Source: Candidatus Saccharimonadota bacterium (lineage in GTDB: Bacteria; Patescibacteriota; Saccharimonadia; Saccharimonadales; Saccharimonadaceae). From it: a stretch of 32,000 nt of DNA. Position numbers and translations under genes: made by a program. The notes below the pieces were generated by a model, which worked only from the letters and a program-made list of their open reading frames with translations, was not told the DNA's origin and searched no databases. Shown here one piece after another: positions 1-9,943 of the stretch; position 1 is the first letter of the stretch; each line of letters begins with the position of its first letter. The stretch lies in assembly GCA_020160975.1 (NCBI GenBank), contig JAIUPJ010000001.1, positions 90,001 to 122,000 of the forward strand. Direction: 5' to 3'.

Positions 1-110
1 AGTCAAAGCGCCAATCCTTGGGCAAGGCAAGTAAAAAAATGGTCGAGCCATATTTAATGCCAAAAATCATGGACCAGATGATTGAAATATATAAGAAGGT
101 CTTAGCATGA
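1..110 (+). CDS. 3' end of an ORF entering from the left edge (tail resembles group-1 glycosyltransferase C-termini)
   Basis: Frame starting at nt 3 is open from the edge and reads SKRQSLGKASKKMVEPYLMPKIMDQMIEIYKKVLA, then TGA at 108-110. This overlaps the ATG at 107 (ATGA coupling). Family call is by resemblance only. Confidence 0.35.
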   Translation, partial: SKRQSLGKASKKMVEPYLMPKIMDQMIEIYKKVLA

Positions 111-1207
111 GTAACGAGCTGAGTCTGCTATTCTATGTTTCGACTTTCTTACTTTCGGTAGCTGCATTTTGGTATATAAATCAGTCTAAGAGCAGGCGAA
201 TATTTGTATTTTCTTCTATACTTCCTCTTGCACTAATGTCTGCTCTTAGATTTGAAGTAGGCACTGATTTTACTGCATACGCAGATGGATATAGAATCTT
301 GTCTAATCTTAGCCTGACAGAGTATATATCGACTTATAGTGATATATATGAAGTAGGTACTTATATCGTCGCACAAATTTCCAGCTTGTTGCCATTTTCT
401 ACTAACGTTTTTTTTGGTATATTTAGTTTTTTTACTCTTTTTGTAGCGGCTCTTGCATTAAAAAAATATAATGTTTTTTACCCGTGGTTGACTATGCTCC
501 TTTATGTTTTTATTATGTTCCCGACTTCTTTTAATGGGGTACGCCAGATGTTAGCTGTGTCGTTATTTGTCTATGCAACTACGTTTATTTTTAGCAAGCA
601 GTTATGGAGATTTGTCTTTTTAATTCTGATTGCTGGAGCTTTTCACAAGACTGCATTGTTGCTTATTCCAGTCTATGCAATAGGTAGGATTTTCTATAAA
701 CATAAAAAAATCAGTATTCGTAGTGTAGTCTCTATAGTTTTTATAGCATGTTCGGTAATCGTATTATCTATTTTTATAGTACCTAAACTTACTAGTGTAT
801 CGTTATTTGAGAAATATGATACTTATCAGGTTGCAAGAGAAGCTTCGAGTGGATTGATCTTACTCCTTAAGTCAGCCGTGTTGGCTGTGGTGTTGTTATT
901 CTATAGGTACATCTTCAAGTATCCCTATGCGGCCTTCTGTGTCGTTATGTCTATCATAGAAATAACTATATTGTATATCTATCGCAACTCTGTAGATTTA
1001 GCCAGGTTTGCTTTGTATTTCGCTCCTTTCTCGTTACTTCTCATATCTCTCGTACCTAGATCTTTTGGGCCTGGGGGCAGAGTTTTATCGTCCTTGCTAA
1101 TAGCGATATATGCTATGGTTCTGTTTTTCATATCGTTTTATGTACTTGGTGGTTCAGGGATATTTCCGTATCAATATGAACTAAGTGTTGCTGGAGTAAT
1201 AAAATGA
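107..1207 (+). CDS. EpsG-family polysaccharide polymerase-like integral membrane protein
   Basis: 366-aa ORF with many hydrophobic segments. N-terminal ALRFEVGTDFTAYADGY motif is typical of the EpsG family. ATGA overlaps with both neighbours. Confidence 0.75.
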   Translation: MSNELSLLFYVSTFLLSVAAFWYINQSKSRRIFVFSSILPLALMSALRFEVGTDFTAYADGYRILSNLSLTEYISTYSDIYEVGTYIVAQISSLLPFSTNVFFGIFSFFTLFVAALALKKYNVFYPWLTMLLYVFIMFPTSFNGVRQMLAVSLFVYATTFIFSKQLWRFVFLILIAGAFHKTALLLIPVYAIGRIFYKHKKISIRSVVSIVFIACSVIVLSIFIVPKLTSVSLFEKYDTYQVAREASSGLILLLKSAVLAVVLLFYRYIFKYPYAAFCVVMSIIEITILYIYRNSVDLARFALYFAPFSLLLISLVPRSFGPGGRVLSSLLIAIYAMVLFFISFYVLGGSGIFPYQYELSVAGVIK

Positions 1208-2031
1208 AAAAAAAATCACCCGAGGTCTCTGTCGTTATGTCTGAGTTTAATACACCAAAGGAGTACCTTTTTGAATCAATAAATAGTGTTTTGGTTCAAA
1301 CTTATAAAAACTTTGAGTTCATCATAATAGATGATAGCCATGACCAAAAATTAAAAGAATTGATTGAACAAAAATATGACGACTCACGAATAAAGATAAT
1401 AGAAAACGGTTACAATAAGGGTTTTGTGTACTCACTAAACAGCGGCATAAAACAGGCCATGGGTAAGTATATTATGCGAATGGATACTGATGACTTAATT
1501 CCGTCAGACAGATTTGAAAAACTTGTGAACTTCATAGAAGTAAACCCTCAATATTCAGTCGTTTCAAGTATGGCAGTTGAGTTTTCTGGAAAAATGAAGT
1601 TCGGTATCAACGGTACTCCTGGTGAGAAAAGCAGAAAAGATGTTATGAGGGGCGACACTCCAATTCACGCAGCCTCTATCATGCTTAAGAACGACCTGGA
1701 GGATATAGGTTTGTATAGAAATGATTTTCTTAGAGCCGAGGATCTGGCATTATGGTGCGAGTTACTGCTGGCAAATAAGAAACTTTTTGTAATTGATGAC
1801 ACTCTATATGAATACAGAGTTAATCCGGGTGACTATAAAAAACGAACCTTTAAAAACAGGAAAGGAGAAATCAGTGCCAGGCTCTATTTTTACCCCAAAC
1901 TAGGTGCTGGACCTATTGAATATTTGAGGATAATTAAAAGCATACTAGCTGGGTTGGCTCCAATGTTTCTTATTAGAATTTACAGAAGTAAAATTGCTTT
2001 AGCAAGAGTCAAAGGGCAAGATAATGGATAA
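1204..2031 (+). CDS. Family 2 glycosyltransferase
   Basis: VSVVMSEFNTPKEYLFESINSVLVQTYKNFEFIIIDD followed by MDTDD (DXD) is a GT2 N-terminal Rossmann-like signature. Start overlaps the upstream stop. Confidence 0.85.
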   Translation: MKKKSPEVSVVMSEFNTPKEYLFESINSVLVQTYKNFEFIIIDDSHDQKLKELIEQKYDDSRIKIIENGYNKGFVYSLNSGIKQAMGKYIMRMDTDDLIPSDRFEKLVNFIEVNPQYSVVSSMAVEFSGKMKFGINGTPGEKSRKDVMRGDTPIHAASIMLKNDLEDIGLYRNDFLRAEDLALWCELLLANKKLFVIDDTLYEYRVNPGDYKKRTFKNRKGEISARLYFYPKLGAGPIEYLRIIKSILAGLAPMFLIRIYRSKIALARVKGQDNG

Positions 2032-2995
2032 GTCTCAACTCGCATCTGTCGATATCGTAATCCCTGTATACAACGCTTCGCAAAGCATAAGGTATTGCAT
2101 CGATGCCGTGCTAACACAATCGCACAAGAATTTTCGAATGATCTTGATAGATGACGGTTCGACAGACGGATCCTTTGATATTTGTGAAGAATATGCAAAA
2201 AGATACCCAAATATCAAATTAGTACACCAAAATAACTCAGGGGTATCAGCCGCGAGGAACCAGGGACTAAACTTGGTTAAAGCTGATTTTTTTACTTTTA
2301 TAGATAGTGATGATCTGATATACAGTAGCTGTGTGTCAGATCTTGTAGATGCGGCACTTGAACATGATAGCGACTTAGTAACGGCTAATATCTTTAGGAC
2401 AAAGAATATCCATGATAGAGTGCCCGGCAATGATGTGAATCTGGCTTATGATATAGCTGCTAGCACGGCAATAGAAGAGCTGCTATACGGTCGGCGCATC
2501 AAGAATCATCCAGTAGCAAGGCTGTACAGATCTGATAAACTTTCGAGCGTAAGATTTGATGAGACTATATCTATAGGAGAAGACATGGACTACACTTTTC
2601 GATGTCTTCGCAAGGTTAATAAAGTAACGTTAGTCGATAAAGTCTTGTATAACTACATAAATAAGGAGGGTAGTGCCATGAATAGCAATTTTACGGCTAC
2701 GAGAGCAGACTCTTTTCGAGCAGCTCGAAAGATTTATGAAGCCACAGGGGGGGGAGATGCATCGATATCTAAGCTGTTTGACGAAGCATTTGCAATAGCT
2801 ACTTTAGCAAGGCCTCATCGCAATAGCTTCGAAAAAATATATATAGAATGTAGCCGAGTCAGCAAGAAATTGGCGTTTCAAGTGTTTTGCAATTCTAAGG
2901 TTAGATTACGCCAAAGGGTTTATGCATTTTTAGTAATTCTTAATGTAGACTTAGCTTTATTAATTGCAGGTGTGAAGCGAAGGTTTAGAGGTTAG
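2024..2995 (+). CDS. Family 2 glycosyltransferase
   Basis: VDIVIPVYNASQSIRYCIDAVLTQSHKNFRMILIDDGSTDGS and DSDD motifs. Overlaps the previous gene by 8 nt. Confidence 0.85.
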   Translation: MDKSQLASVDIVIPVYNASQSIRYCIDAVLTQSHKNFRMILIDDGSTDGSFDICEEYAKRYPNIKLVHQNNSGVSAARNQGLNLVKADFFTFIDSDDLIYSSCVSDLVDAALEHDSDLVTANIFRTKNIHDRVPGNDVNLAYDIAASTAIEELLYGRRIKNHPVARLYRSDKLSSVRFDETISIGEDMDYTFRCLRKVNKVTLVDKVLYNYINKEGSAMNSNFTATRADSFRAARKIYEATGGGDASISKLFDEAFAIATLARPHRNSFEKIYIECSRVSKKLAFQVFCNSKVRLRQRVYAFLVILNVDLALLIAGVKRRFRG

Positions 2996-3004
2996 GGTCG
3001 AATC

Positions 3005-4087
3005 ATGAAAAGGGCAATCCTACACTTTTATTCTGCAAATAATTTAGGTGATGATCTTTTTGTGGGGATTATCACTTGTAGGTATGATGCAATTTTTACA
3101 TTAATTACATACCAGCATAACGACTATTTTTCTAAAATATCTAATACAAGGTTAACATCGGGTAACTTTAACAAGTTCTTATCTAGAACGTTAAAATTTA
3201 TAACCGGCCGGAATAATCCTCTACTCAGATACCATGCAAAAACCAACGATTTGATGATATACGCAGGAGGATCAATATTTATAGAGGGAAATAATGCGGG
3301 ACACTGGGTGAAAGAAGCAGATTTTTACAATAGTCTAAGGATCCCTTACTATTTGCTTGGATCAAATATTGGCCCCTATGAGTCAGATAGTTTTTTGAGT
3401 ACGATAAAAATTATATTAAATGGAGCTGAAGATGTTTGTCTTCGTGATACTGCATCGTACGATTTGGTAAAAGATTTGCCAAATGCTCGAGTCGCTTCAG
3501 ATATAGCGTTTACGCTAGATACGAGCCCATATGATACGACAAGTGATAAATTAGCTGTATTCTCAGTTATTAACTGCGATGATCGATTTAGCCCGAAAAT
3601 CACGCAGAAGTATGAGCAAGAAATCGCGAAACTTTCGCGTAATCTAGCCGCCGCTGGATACAGAGTTGTACTTATGTCTTTCTGCAAGTACGAAGGTGAC
3701 GAAGATGCTATACGTCGGATAATCACTAACGGTGGCGAGGGTTTTAAAGAGATTGTTTCGACGCATTATTATAATGGCGATCTCGAGAAATCATTAGCAC
3801 TGTTGGCAAAGAGTGAGATTATCGTAGCGTCACGTTTTCATGGAGCAATCCTTGGCTTGTTGTTCGGTAAAAAGGTGCTACCAATGGCATATAGTTCTAA
3901 AACTACAAATATTCTAAAAGACATGAGTTTTCGAGGTCCAATTATAGATATAAATAACATATACGAGTTCGACGGCTCAAGTTTTAACTTTAGCACTCTC
4001 GAAGTAAATAATGTCAGTGACCAGGTAAAACTCGCGGAAAAACAATTCCAAGAACTAGACAAGGTCCTAGAGAAGCGTAAAAAGTAA
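3005..4087 (+). CDS. Polysaccharide pyruvyl transferase family protein
   Basis: N-terminal NNLGDDLF and C-terminal SRFHGAILGLLFGKKVLPMAYSSKT match the pyruvyl transferase (CsaB/WcaK-like) pattern as I recall it. Confidence 0.75.
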   Translation: MKRAILHFYSANNLGDDLFVGIITCRYDAIFTLITYQHNDYFSKISNTRLTSGNFNKFLSRTLKFITGRNNPLLRYHAKTNDLMIYAGGSIFIEGNNAGHWVKEADFYNSLRIPYYLLGSNIGPYESDSFLSTIKIILNGAEDVCLRDTASYDLVKDLPNARVASDIAFTLDTSPYDTTSDKLAVFSVINCDDRFSPKITQKYEQEIAKLSRNLAAAGYRVVLMSFCKYEGDEDAIRRIITNGGEGFKEIVSTHYYNGDLEKSLALLAKSEIIVASRFHGAILGLLFGKKVLPMAYSSKTTNILKDMSFRGPIIDINNIYEFDGSSFNFSTLEVNNVSDQVKLAEKQFQELDKVLEKRKK

Positions 4088-5541
4088 TGTCCAAGCAAAA
4101 AGACCTCATCAAAAACACCATCATCATAGCCTTTGGCAAATTATCAACGCAGTTTTTGACGTTTCTTTTGTTGCCTCTCTATACGTCGTATCTTACTACT
4201 AGTGAGTTCGGTACGGTTGACTTAGCTATGACTTATATCGGGCTGTTGGCGCCACTTATTATGGTCGCCCTAGAAATGGCAGCCTTCCGCTTCCTCATAG
4301 ATGCCAGGGACATTGAAAAAGAGAAGATACGGGTGATAACCAACGTTTTGCAGATGGTCGGGCTGTTTGCGGTTATAGCCTTGCTTTTGTTCGCGGTCGT
4401 TAGTAGATTTGTAGCAGTGCCTTTTGGCTGGTTGATGCCGGGTGTTGTGCTGGCAATTATCGCATCAAACATGCTCCTTCAATTTGCACGTGGTTTTGGT
4501 GACAACGTGAAGTACTCCATAGGAGGGGTAGTGGCAGGTGTCACAACTATTGCTGCAAATATTTTATTCATCGTCTACATGGGCATGGGGGCGGAGGGTA
4601 TGTTGTTTGGCGTGCTGATAGGCAACTTGGCGGTTGCTGCGTATTTATTTGTCGTGTTGAAGGTTCACCGGTTCATAATACTATCAGCAAGCGATAAGTC
4701 TTTGAAGTTAAAGTTACTGCGCTACTCAGCACCACTAGTGCCAAACGGTATGTCGTGGTGGGCTATCAACGCCGCCGATCGTACTGTAGTGGCTATAGTG
4801 CTAGGCGTAGCGTCGAACGGTATTTATGCGGTTGCCTATAAATTTCCAATGATTTTTAACGGTTTGTTTTCGTTCTTTGGTATGTCTTGGACAGAGTCAG
4901 CATCTATGAATATCGAGAAACGCGATCGTGATGAGTTCTTTTCACAAACAATGAATGCAAGTATCCGACTTTTCGGCTCACTCGGGCTATGTATTATCGC
5001 TGGCGTATCATTGGTATTCACACTACTTGTGAGCCAAACCTATCACGAAGCATATATGTACATTCCCCTCCTCATAGTCGGTTCATTTTTTAATTCCATC
5101 GTGAGCCTATACGGCGCAATTTATATTGCTAAAAAAATGACAAAGCAGGTTATGAACAGTTCTATCATTGCCGCTTTCATTAGCATTTTGCTTACCGTTT
5201 GTCTTATCTCGCAAATTGGGCTATTCGCACCTGCGCTTGCAATGGTAGCCGCATATGGTTCGATGGCCGTCTACCGTCACCATGATGTTAAAAAATTTGT
5301 GAACATTACTTACGATTACAAATCATTCACGATACTAGCACTAGCGTTCGTAGCTGTGGCAACTTTGTACTACATAAATAGCCCACTATTAAATATATTG
5401 AATGTACTTGTAGCGCTAGGGATCTCTGTTATCCTCAACCGCTCGATCATCAGCATAATCAAAACAAAACTTTTCGCCCGGCTACGACCACTCACGCCCG
5501 AGCAACAGATACTCGAAGATATCGAGGAAAAGAAGCTGTAG
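4087..5541 (+). CDS. wzx: Wzx-type oligosaccharide flippase (MOP superfamily)
   Basis: 484-aa polytopic membrane protein. N-terminal KNTIIIAFGKLSTQFLTFLLLPLYTSYLTTSEFG is typical of polysaccharide biosynthesis flippases. ATG shares 1 nt with the upstream TAA. Confidence 0.8.
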   Translation: MSKQKDLIKNTIIIAFGKLSTQFLTFLLLPLYTSYLTTSEFGTVDLAMTYIGLLAPLIMVALEMAAFRFLIDARDIEKEKIRVITNVLQMVGLFAVIALLLFAVVSRFVAVPFGWLMPGVVLAIIASNMLLQFARGFGDNVKYSIGGVVAGVTTIAANILFIVYMGMGAEGMLFGVLIGNLAVAAYLFVVLKVHRFIILSASDKSLKLKLLRYSAPLVPNGMSWWAINAADRTVVAIVLGVASNGIYAVAYKFPMIFNGLFSFFGMSWTESASMNIEKRDRDEFFSQTMNASIRLFGSLGLCIIAGVSLVFTLLVSQTYHEAYMYIPLLIVGSFFNSIVSLYGAIYIAKKMTKQVMNSSIIAAFISILLTVCLISQIGLFAPALAMVAAYGSMAVYRHHDVKKFVNITYDYKSFTILALAFVAVATLYYINSPLLNILNVLVALGISVILNRSIISIIKTKLFARLRPLTPEQQILEDIEEKKL

Positions 5542-5542
5542 T

Positions 5543-5989
5543 ATGATGAATCGAAGACTCGTTATAAAATATATTTCAGTAGCTATATGGATGCTTGTTA
5601 TATTCCTTATGTCCAACGAAATAGCCGTAACGTCTTCAGCACGCAGCGACGAAATCGTTCGCACTATACAATCTATTGGGGTTAGCGCCCCAGCCGACCT
5701 GCTAACCTTTATAGTACGGAAGGCTGCTCATATTAGCGCTTACTTTGTACTCGGAATTCTGCTTTTTAACTTAATCAAAGAATATGATCTAGGTGTAAAG
5801 AAAATGATATTCATAAGCACTGCCATAGCTATGCTGTATGCCTGTACAGACGAGGTACACCAAATGTTCGTACCTGGCCGTAGCGGTGAAGTACGCGACG
5901 TCCTAATAGACACCGCCGGAGCGGCCGTAGGTGTTGTAGCGTACGCTGCGCTGCACTCCAGATTTTACAAAAAGTCCGAAATAGTATAG
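5543..5989 (+). CDS. VanZ family membrane protein
   Basis: 148 aa, 4 hydrophobic segments. RKAAHISAYFVLGILL and DEVHQMFVPGRSGEVRDVLIDTAGAAVG are the VanZ-like signature. Confidence 0.75.
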   Translation: MMNRRLVIKYISVAIWMLVIFLMSNEIAVTSSARSDEIVRTIQSIGVSAPADLLTFIVRKAAHISAYFVLGILLFNLIKEYDLGVKKMIFISTAIAMLYACTDEVHQMFVPGRSGEVRDVLIDTAGAAVGVVAYAALHSRFYKKSEIV

Positions 5990-6009
5990 AATAGATAAAC
6001 AATATTGTT

Positions 6010-7401
6010 ATGAAACATCCCCAGACTCTATCAACCTTGCGTATTTTCATCAGCGCTCTTACGCTGATTTCTTTGCTACCCGCTGGTTATGCACTGGTAT
6101 CGGCAGGGTATATACCACCCCGTTACTTATGGATTGCGCTGCCACTCTATACGGCCATCATACTAGCGGCGAGCATTGTTATGATGCGCGCTAAACACCG
6201 TAGCATAGCTTTTGTGAGCGCTGCTGTGTTGCTACTGGCTACCCTCCTAAATGTAGGTGTATATATGGCCATGCGCCAAACGACGTCGTTCCTGAGTGGC
6301 ATCCAGCAAGCGAGCGTCAGCTACGTCGAATACTCTGTCATCGCTAAAAAAGATAGTGGCACTTCGCTCGACTCGGCTGCAACCTGCGGCGTTGTCGAGA
6401 CCGACCAGCGCTATAGCGACGTTATACAAGCTCTTGCTAGCAAAACCGACGCTACACCCTCGAACTACAAAAACCTTACGAGCCTGTTTGAATCTCTGGT
6501 TACCAATCAAGACATACAGATTGCCGCTCTAAGGAGTGCTAGCCTGAGTATCGTCAAAGAGAATAATCCCGACTTTTACCAGAGCATTGAAGTCATAGGG
6601 ACATTTATGGTCAAAGAACAGCACTCCGCTACGCCAACCGCTGATGTTGCCAAACCATTTGCTATTTACATCAGTGGCATCGATACGTACGGCGACATCG
6701 GCAGCGCCTCGCGCAGCGACGTGAACATCCTGGCAGCCGTTAACCCAGACCGACGCAGTATCTTGCTCGTCAATACACCACGAGACTACTACGTGCAGCT
6801 ACATGGTACAACTGGCATTCGCGACAAGCTAACTCATGCCGGTGTATATGGTATCGACATGTCACGTCAAACCATTCAGGACTTGTATGGTGTTGAGGTG
6901 CCGTATTACATCCGACTCAACTTTTCGTCACTGATCAAAATCGTCGATACTATCGGGCCGATTAGCGTCTATTCGGATTATGATTTCAAATCTTACAAAA
7001 AAGGGTACAACACTCTTAACAGCACTCAAGCCCTTGAATTTTCACGCGAGCGCTATAGCTTTGAAGCGGGTGACCGCGAACGGGGTCGCAACCAACAGCG
7101 CGTCATAGAAGCTATCATCGCCAAGCTCAGTGAACCACGCAATATCGTTCATTACAATTCACTCCTTGGCACTCTCCAAGGCTCTGTCCAAACCAATATT
7201 AGCGAAGCCTCGCTCACCACGCTTGCCAACAGGCAACTAGACGACATGAAGCGCTGGCAAGTCACCTCGATAGATGTCGATGGTACCGGCGCCACCTCGC
7301 CAACCTACAGCATGGGCGCAATGCCGCTCTACGTGATGATCCCCGACCAAAAAACCGTTGACGCCGCAAAGCAGCAAATCGCTGATACGCTTAAGCCGTA
7401 G
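6010..7401 (+). CDS. LytR-CpsA-Psr (LCP) family cell-wall glycopolymer ligase
   Basis: N-terminal membrane anchor plus an LCP core: SDVNILAAVNPDRRSILLVNTPRDYYV ... LTHAGVYG ... LNSTQALEFSRERYSFEAGDRERGRNQQRVIEAI. Confidence 0.85.
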   Translation: MKHPQTLSTLRIFISALTLISLLPAGYALVSAGYIPPRYLWIALPLYTAIILAASIVMMRAKHRSIAFVSAAVLLLATLLNVGVYMAMRQTTSFLSGIQQASVSYVEYSVIAKKDSGTSLDSAATCGVVETDQRYSDVIQALASKTDATPSNYKNLTSLFESLVTNQDIQIAALRSASLSIVKENNPDFYQSIEVIGTFMVKEQHSATPTADVAKPFAIYISGIDTYGDIGSASRSDVNILAAVNPDRRSILLVNTPRDYYVQLHGTTGIRDKLTHAGVYGIDMSRQTIQDLYGVEVPYYIRLNFSSLIKIVDTIGPISVYSDYDFKSYKKGYNTLNSTQALEFSRERYSFEAGDRERGRNQQRVIEAIIAKLSEPRNIVHYNSLLGTLQGSVQTNISEASLTTLANRQLDDMKRWQVTSIDVDGTGATSPTYSMGAMPLYVMIPDQKTVDAAKQQIADTLKP

Positions 7402-7434
7402 CCTTAAAAAAGCGATTACAGGCAAGAAGTAGCT

Positions 7435-8058
7435 CTATCGATGAATATGGGGTGCGGCGCCGATAAACCGCGTGTCTTCCAGAGAGTCGACTAATGCAGC
7501 GACGACGGCTGCTCGAGGAATTGTTGCGAGCGGGCTGGGCGAATTCATGTCAAGCCGATAGTTGGCATCGTTCTTATTTGTCATGACCGGTGAGCGAATA
7601 ACTGTCCACTCTAACGTACTTTCCGCCAAGAGTCGAATATGCGCTTCGCCGTCTTTTAGTATTTTTGGCGCGATCAAGCTAAGCATGCTTCGATTGAATC
7701 TGTCGATCATACTCAGGTGGTCGCCTGGTGCGCAGGCAGCTGAGCCAGTGAGGGAGATAATTCGCTTGATACCTTGTTTTTCGGCGATCGGCACGATCGA
7801 TGTCATCGCGGCGGTGAGAATATCTTTTGTTGGCGTATGCCAACTTCCGAGGCAGCTAATGATGGCCTCTGTATCATGCAGCGCTTTTTCGATATCTTCC
7901 GACTTGTGAATATCACCGGGGATAATCCTCAGCCGGGTATTATCTGCAAAATGGTGCGTACCGTGGGTAAATGCGCTGACATTGTGGCCACCAGCGAGTA
8001 ATTTTTCTACAACGAGGCTCCCGACATGTCCTGTTGCGCCAAAGACTGCAATATTCAT
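7435..8058 (-). CDS. NAD(P)-binding (atypical SDR / NmrA-like) oxidoreductase
   Basis: MNIAVFGATGHVGSLVVEKLLAGGHNVSAFTH Rossmann GxxGxxG start. Start moved from the ORF-track 8328 to the ATG at 8058. That ATG lies 6 nt downstream of a TTGGGC-N17-TATAAT promoter (8065-8093, minus strand). Confidence 0.75.
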   Translation of the reverse strand: MNIAVFGATGHVGSLVVEKLLAGGHNVSAFTHGTHHFADNTRLRIIPGDIHKSEDIEKALHDTEAIISCLGSWHTPTKDILTAAMTSIVPIAEKQGIKRIISLTGSAACAPGDHLSMIDRFNRSMLSLIAPKILKDGEAHIRLLAESTLEWTVIRSPVMTNKNDANYRLDMNSPSPLATIPRAAVVAALVDSLEDTRFIGAAPHIHR

Positions 8059-8311
8059 ACTGGTATTATAGACTTCTGCTGTCATATGCCCAATTGTAAT
8101 AGTGCCTGGCGCTGACTTGGCCGACCCGGCGCAAACGATGTCGTCATCGGAGTTGTTATCTTGGCAACGATAGTGATGGAACCGAGCCGCGATTGCGAAA
8201 ACTTCAGCTGGCGCCAAGATCGTGGTGCGATGGCAAGGAGTAGGCCAGAAAAGTTTACTTTTCTGAACACGACGCAGATATATCTTGATACTCCTAGTAC
8301 CCTTGCCAAGC

Positions 8312-8345
8312 AAAACACCCGAGCGCATGCTCGGGTGTTTTTCTG
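8312..8345 (-). terminator. Rho-independent terminator after the surface protein gene
   Basis: 13-bp perfect stem 8312-8324 / 8329-8341 (AAAACACCCGAGC..GCTCGGGTGTTTT) with a GCAT loop. T-runs on both strands. Confidence 0.75.
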
Positions 8346-8360
8346 TACGTGATGGGGGCG

Positions 8361-9899
8361 TTATCGCAGCGAGCGTCGGCTTGCGATGAAGGCATAGCTC
8401 GCACCAACGATGCTCCCGAGGCCGAGGACATTGCCCAGGCTATCCTCTAGACCCGTCTTTGGTAGTTCGATTGTAGGCGGCGTAACACATTTGTCCATAT
8501 CGGTCGTCATGGTCGTGCTATCAAAGTCTTTCTTGGCGATATCTTTGGTGGTTTTGTCTGCAATGACACAGACGCGCATCTGACCACACTTTGTTTGGTC
8601 GAGCGTCATGTGAGACTCGTCGAATTGATCGCGCGTGATTGTCTTGATCGTATTGTCAGTCAGGTCGCAAACCGTGATGTATTCATACGTCTCGGTCTCG
8701 GCCGTGTCACAATCATCAGGGTTCGTACCAGGTATCGTTGGCGTCTCGACACAAACAGTATTAACATGAGTACCAGCCGTGAACTTGGTGTACTTGGCGG
8801 TCAATGTAAAGCTCTTTGATGCACCGACCGCTAGTTCAGGCAAGGTGTATGTCCAGGTGTTGCCCTGGATAGTCCCGAGATTATTGCTACCAATGAGCGA
8901 AACCTCGGACGGTGCTTTGTCAGTGATAACGAGATTCTTCAGGACAACATTGCCGGTGTTTTTTACTGAAATTTGGTAGGTGAAGGTGTCGCCGACTTTC
9001 ACTTTGACATGCTCTTGGTCGTTAACCGTTTTGACGATCTGCACTGCAGGTTTGTCCTCGACACAACGCGGGTCATCCTTCGGATACTGCTCTTTGCCAG
9101 GGACTGGACACATCTCGGGAGCAATCGTTACGGTTGTTTTGCAGCTCCCAGGGGCATTCACAACCTGCCCATTGACAGTCACTCGAACTGTCACCGAAGC
9201 AGTATAGGTACCAGGCTTTGCGTAGGTATGAGAGACGCTTGCGCCAGCTGTCTGGGTGGCGCCATCGCCAAAGGTGTAGGCATAGTCTTTGATAACAGCG
9301 CCATCTTTTGCAGTGGCGGCTGTCGTGAAACTATAGGTAGTACGGTTTGTCGGAGTCGCCTTCAGGCTGTCGCATTTGTATACCGGCTGAACAGGGATAA
9401 CCTTGTTTGTTGCTTTTACCGGGTTGCCACAATCGTAGAGAACAGCTGCAATGAACCGACCCTGTGCGTCGAAGAAAACGATGGCACCAATCTGTGAAGA
9501 GACAAATGACGTCTGTGTCGAGCGAGTATAGAAGGTCGTGCCGCCAATACTCTGCGTTGCACTCCCCGCCATATACTGGCGACCGGCTGATACCGCGTTA
9601 GTCGCAACAACCTTGCCGTCGACCACTACATCTCCGCTCTTTGTGACATAGCCTGTTTTGTTGCTGGCATGATTGACAACGTCAGAAGTCAAACCAAACC
9701 AACTAAAGATGTTTTGTGTGCCTGCCGGAGTATTAGCGTTGAATTTGTCGCGCAACTGACCAATCGATGTGACTCCACAGGTAATTACCGCATTGGCCGA
9801 ACAATCAGCCGCATTTACGGGGTTATTGGCACTCGCAACGCCAACAAACGCACCGACCGCTATGACTGCACCGGCAATCATAAGTTTCACTTTGTTCAT
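8361..9899 (-). CDS. LPXTG-anchored surface protein with PKD-like and DUF11-like repeat domains
   Basis: Signal peptide MNKVKLMIAGAVIAVGAFVGVASA. PKD-like FGDGATQTAGASVSHTYAKPGTYTASVTV. DUF11-like VGDTFTYQISVKNTGNVVLKNLVITD. C-terminal LPKTG, hydrophobic stretch and RRSLR sorting signal. Strong SD (GGGAGGAG) before the ATG. Confidence 0.85.
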   Translation of the reverse strand: MNKVKLMIAGAVIAVGAFVGVASANNPVNAADCSANAVITCGVTSIGQLRDKFNANTPAGTQNIFSWFGLTSDVVNHASNKTGYVTKSGDVVVDGKVVATNAVSAGRQYMAGSATQSIGGTTFYTRSTQTSFVSSQIGAIVFFDAQGRFIAAVLYDCGNPVKATNKVIPVQPVYKCDSLKATPTNRTTYSFTTAATAKDGAVIKDYAYTFGDGATQTAGASVSHTYAKPGTYTASVTVRVTVNGQVVNAPGSCKTTVTIAPEMCPVPGKEQYPKDDPRCVEDKPAVQIVKTVNDQEHVKVKVGDTFTYQISVKNTGNVVLKNLVITDKAPSEVSLIGSNNLGTIQGNTWTYTLPELAVGASKSFTLTAKYTKFTAGTHVNTVCVETPTIPGTNPDDCDTAETETYEYITVCDLTDNTIKTITRDQFDESHMTLDQTKCGQMRVCVIADKTTKDIAKKDFDSTTMTTDMDKCVTPPTIELPKTGLEDSLGNVLGLGSIVGASYAFIASRRSLR

Positions 9900-9943
9900 A
9901 CAACAACTCCTCCCGAAAGCCTCACGCTTTACGTTATACTCTC

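Noticed and set aside
8059-8328. 90-codon N-terminal extension of the NAD(P)-binding protein ORF
   Set aside because: The Rossmann fold starts at MNIAVFGATG. The extension contains the promoter (8065-8093), and its far end (8312-8328) overlaps the 5' arm of the upstream terminator hairpin.
8973-9497. 174-aa plus-strand ORF inside the surface protein gene
   Set aside because: It is antisense to a gene with signal peptide, PKD-like motif and LPXTG signal, and its product is featureless.
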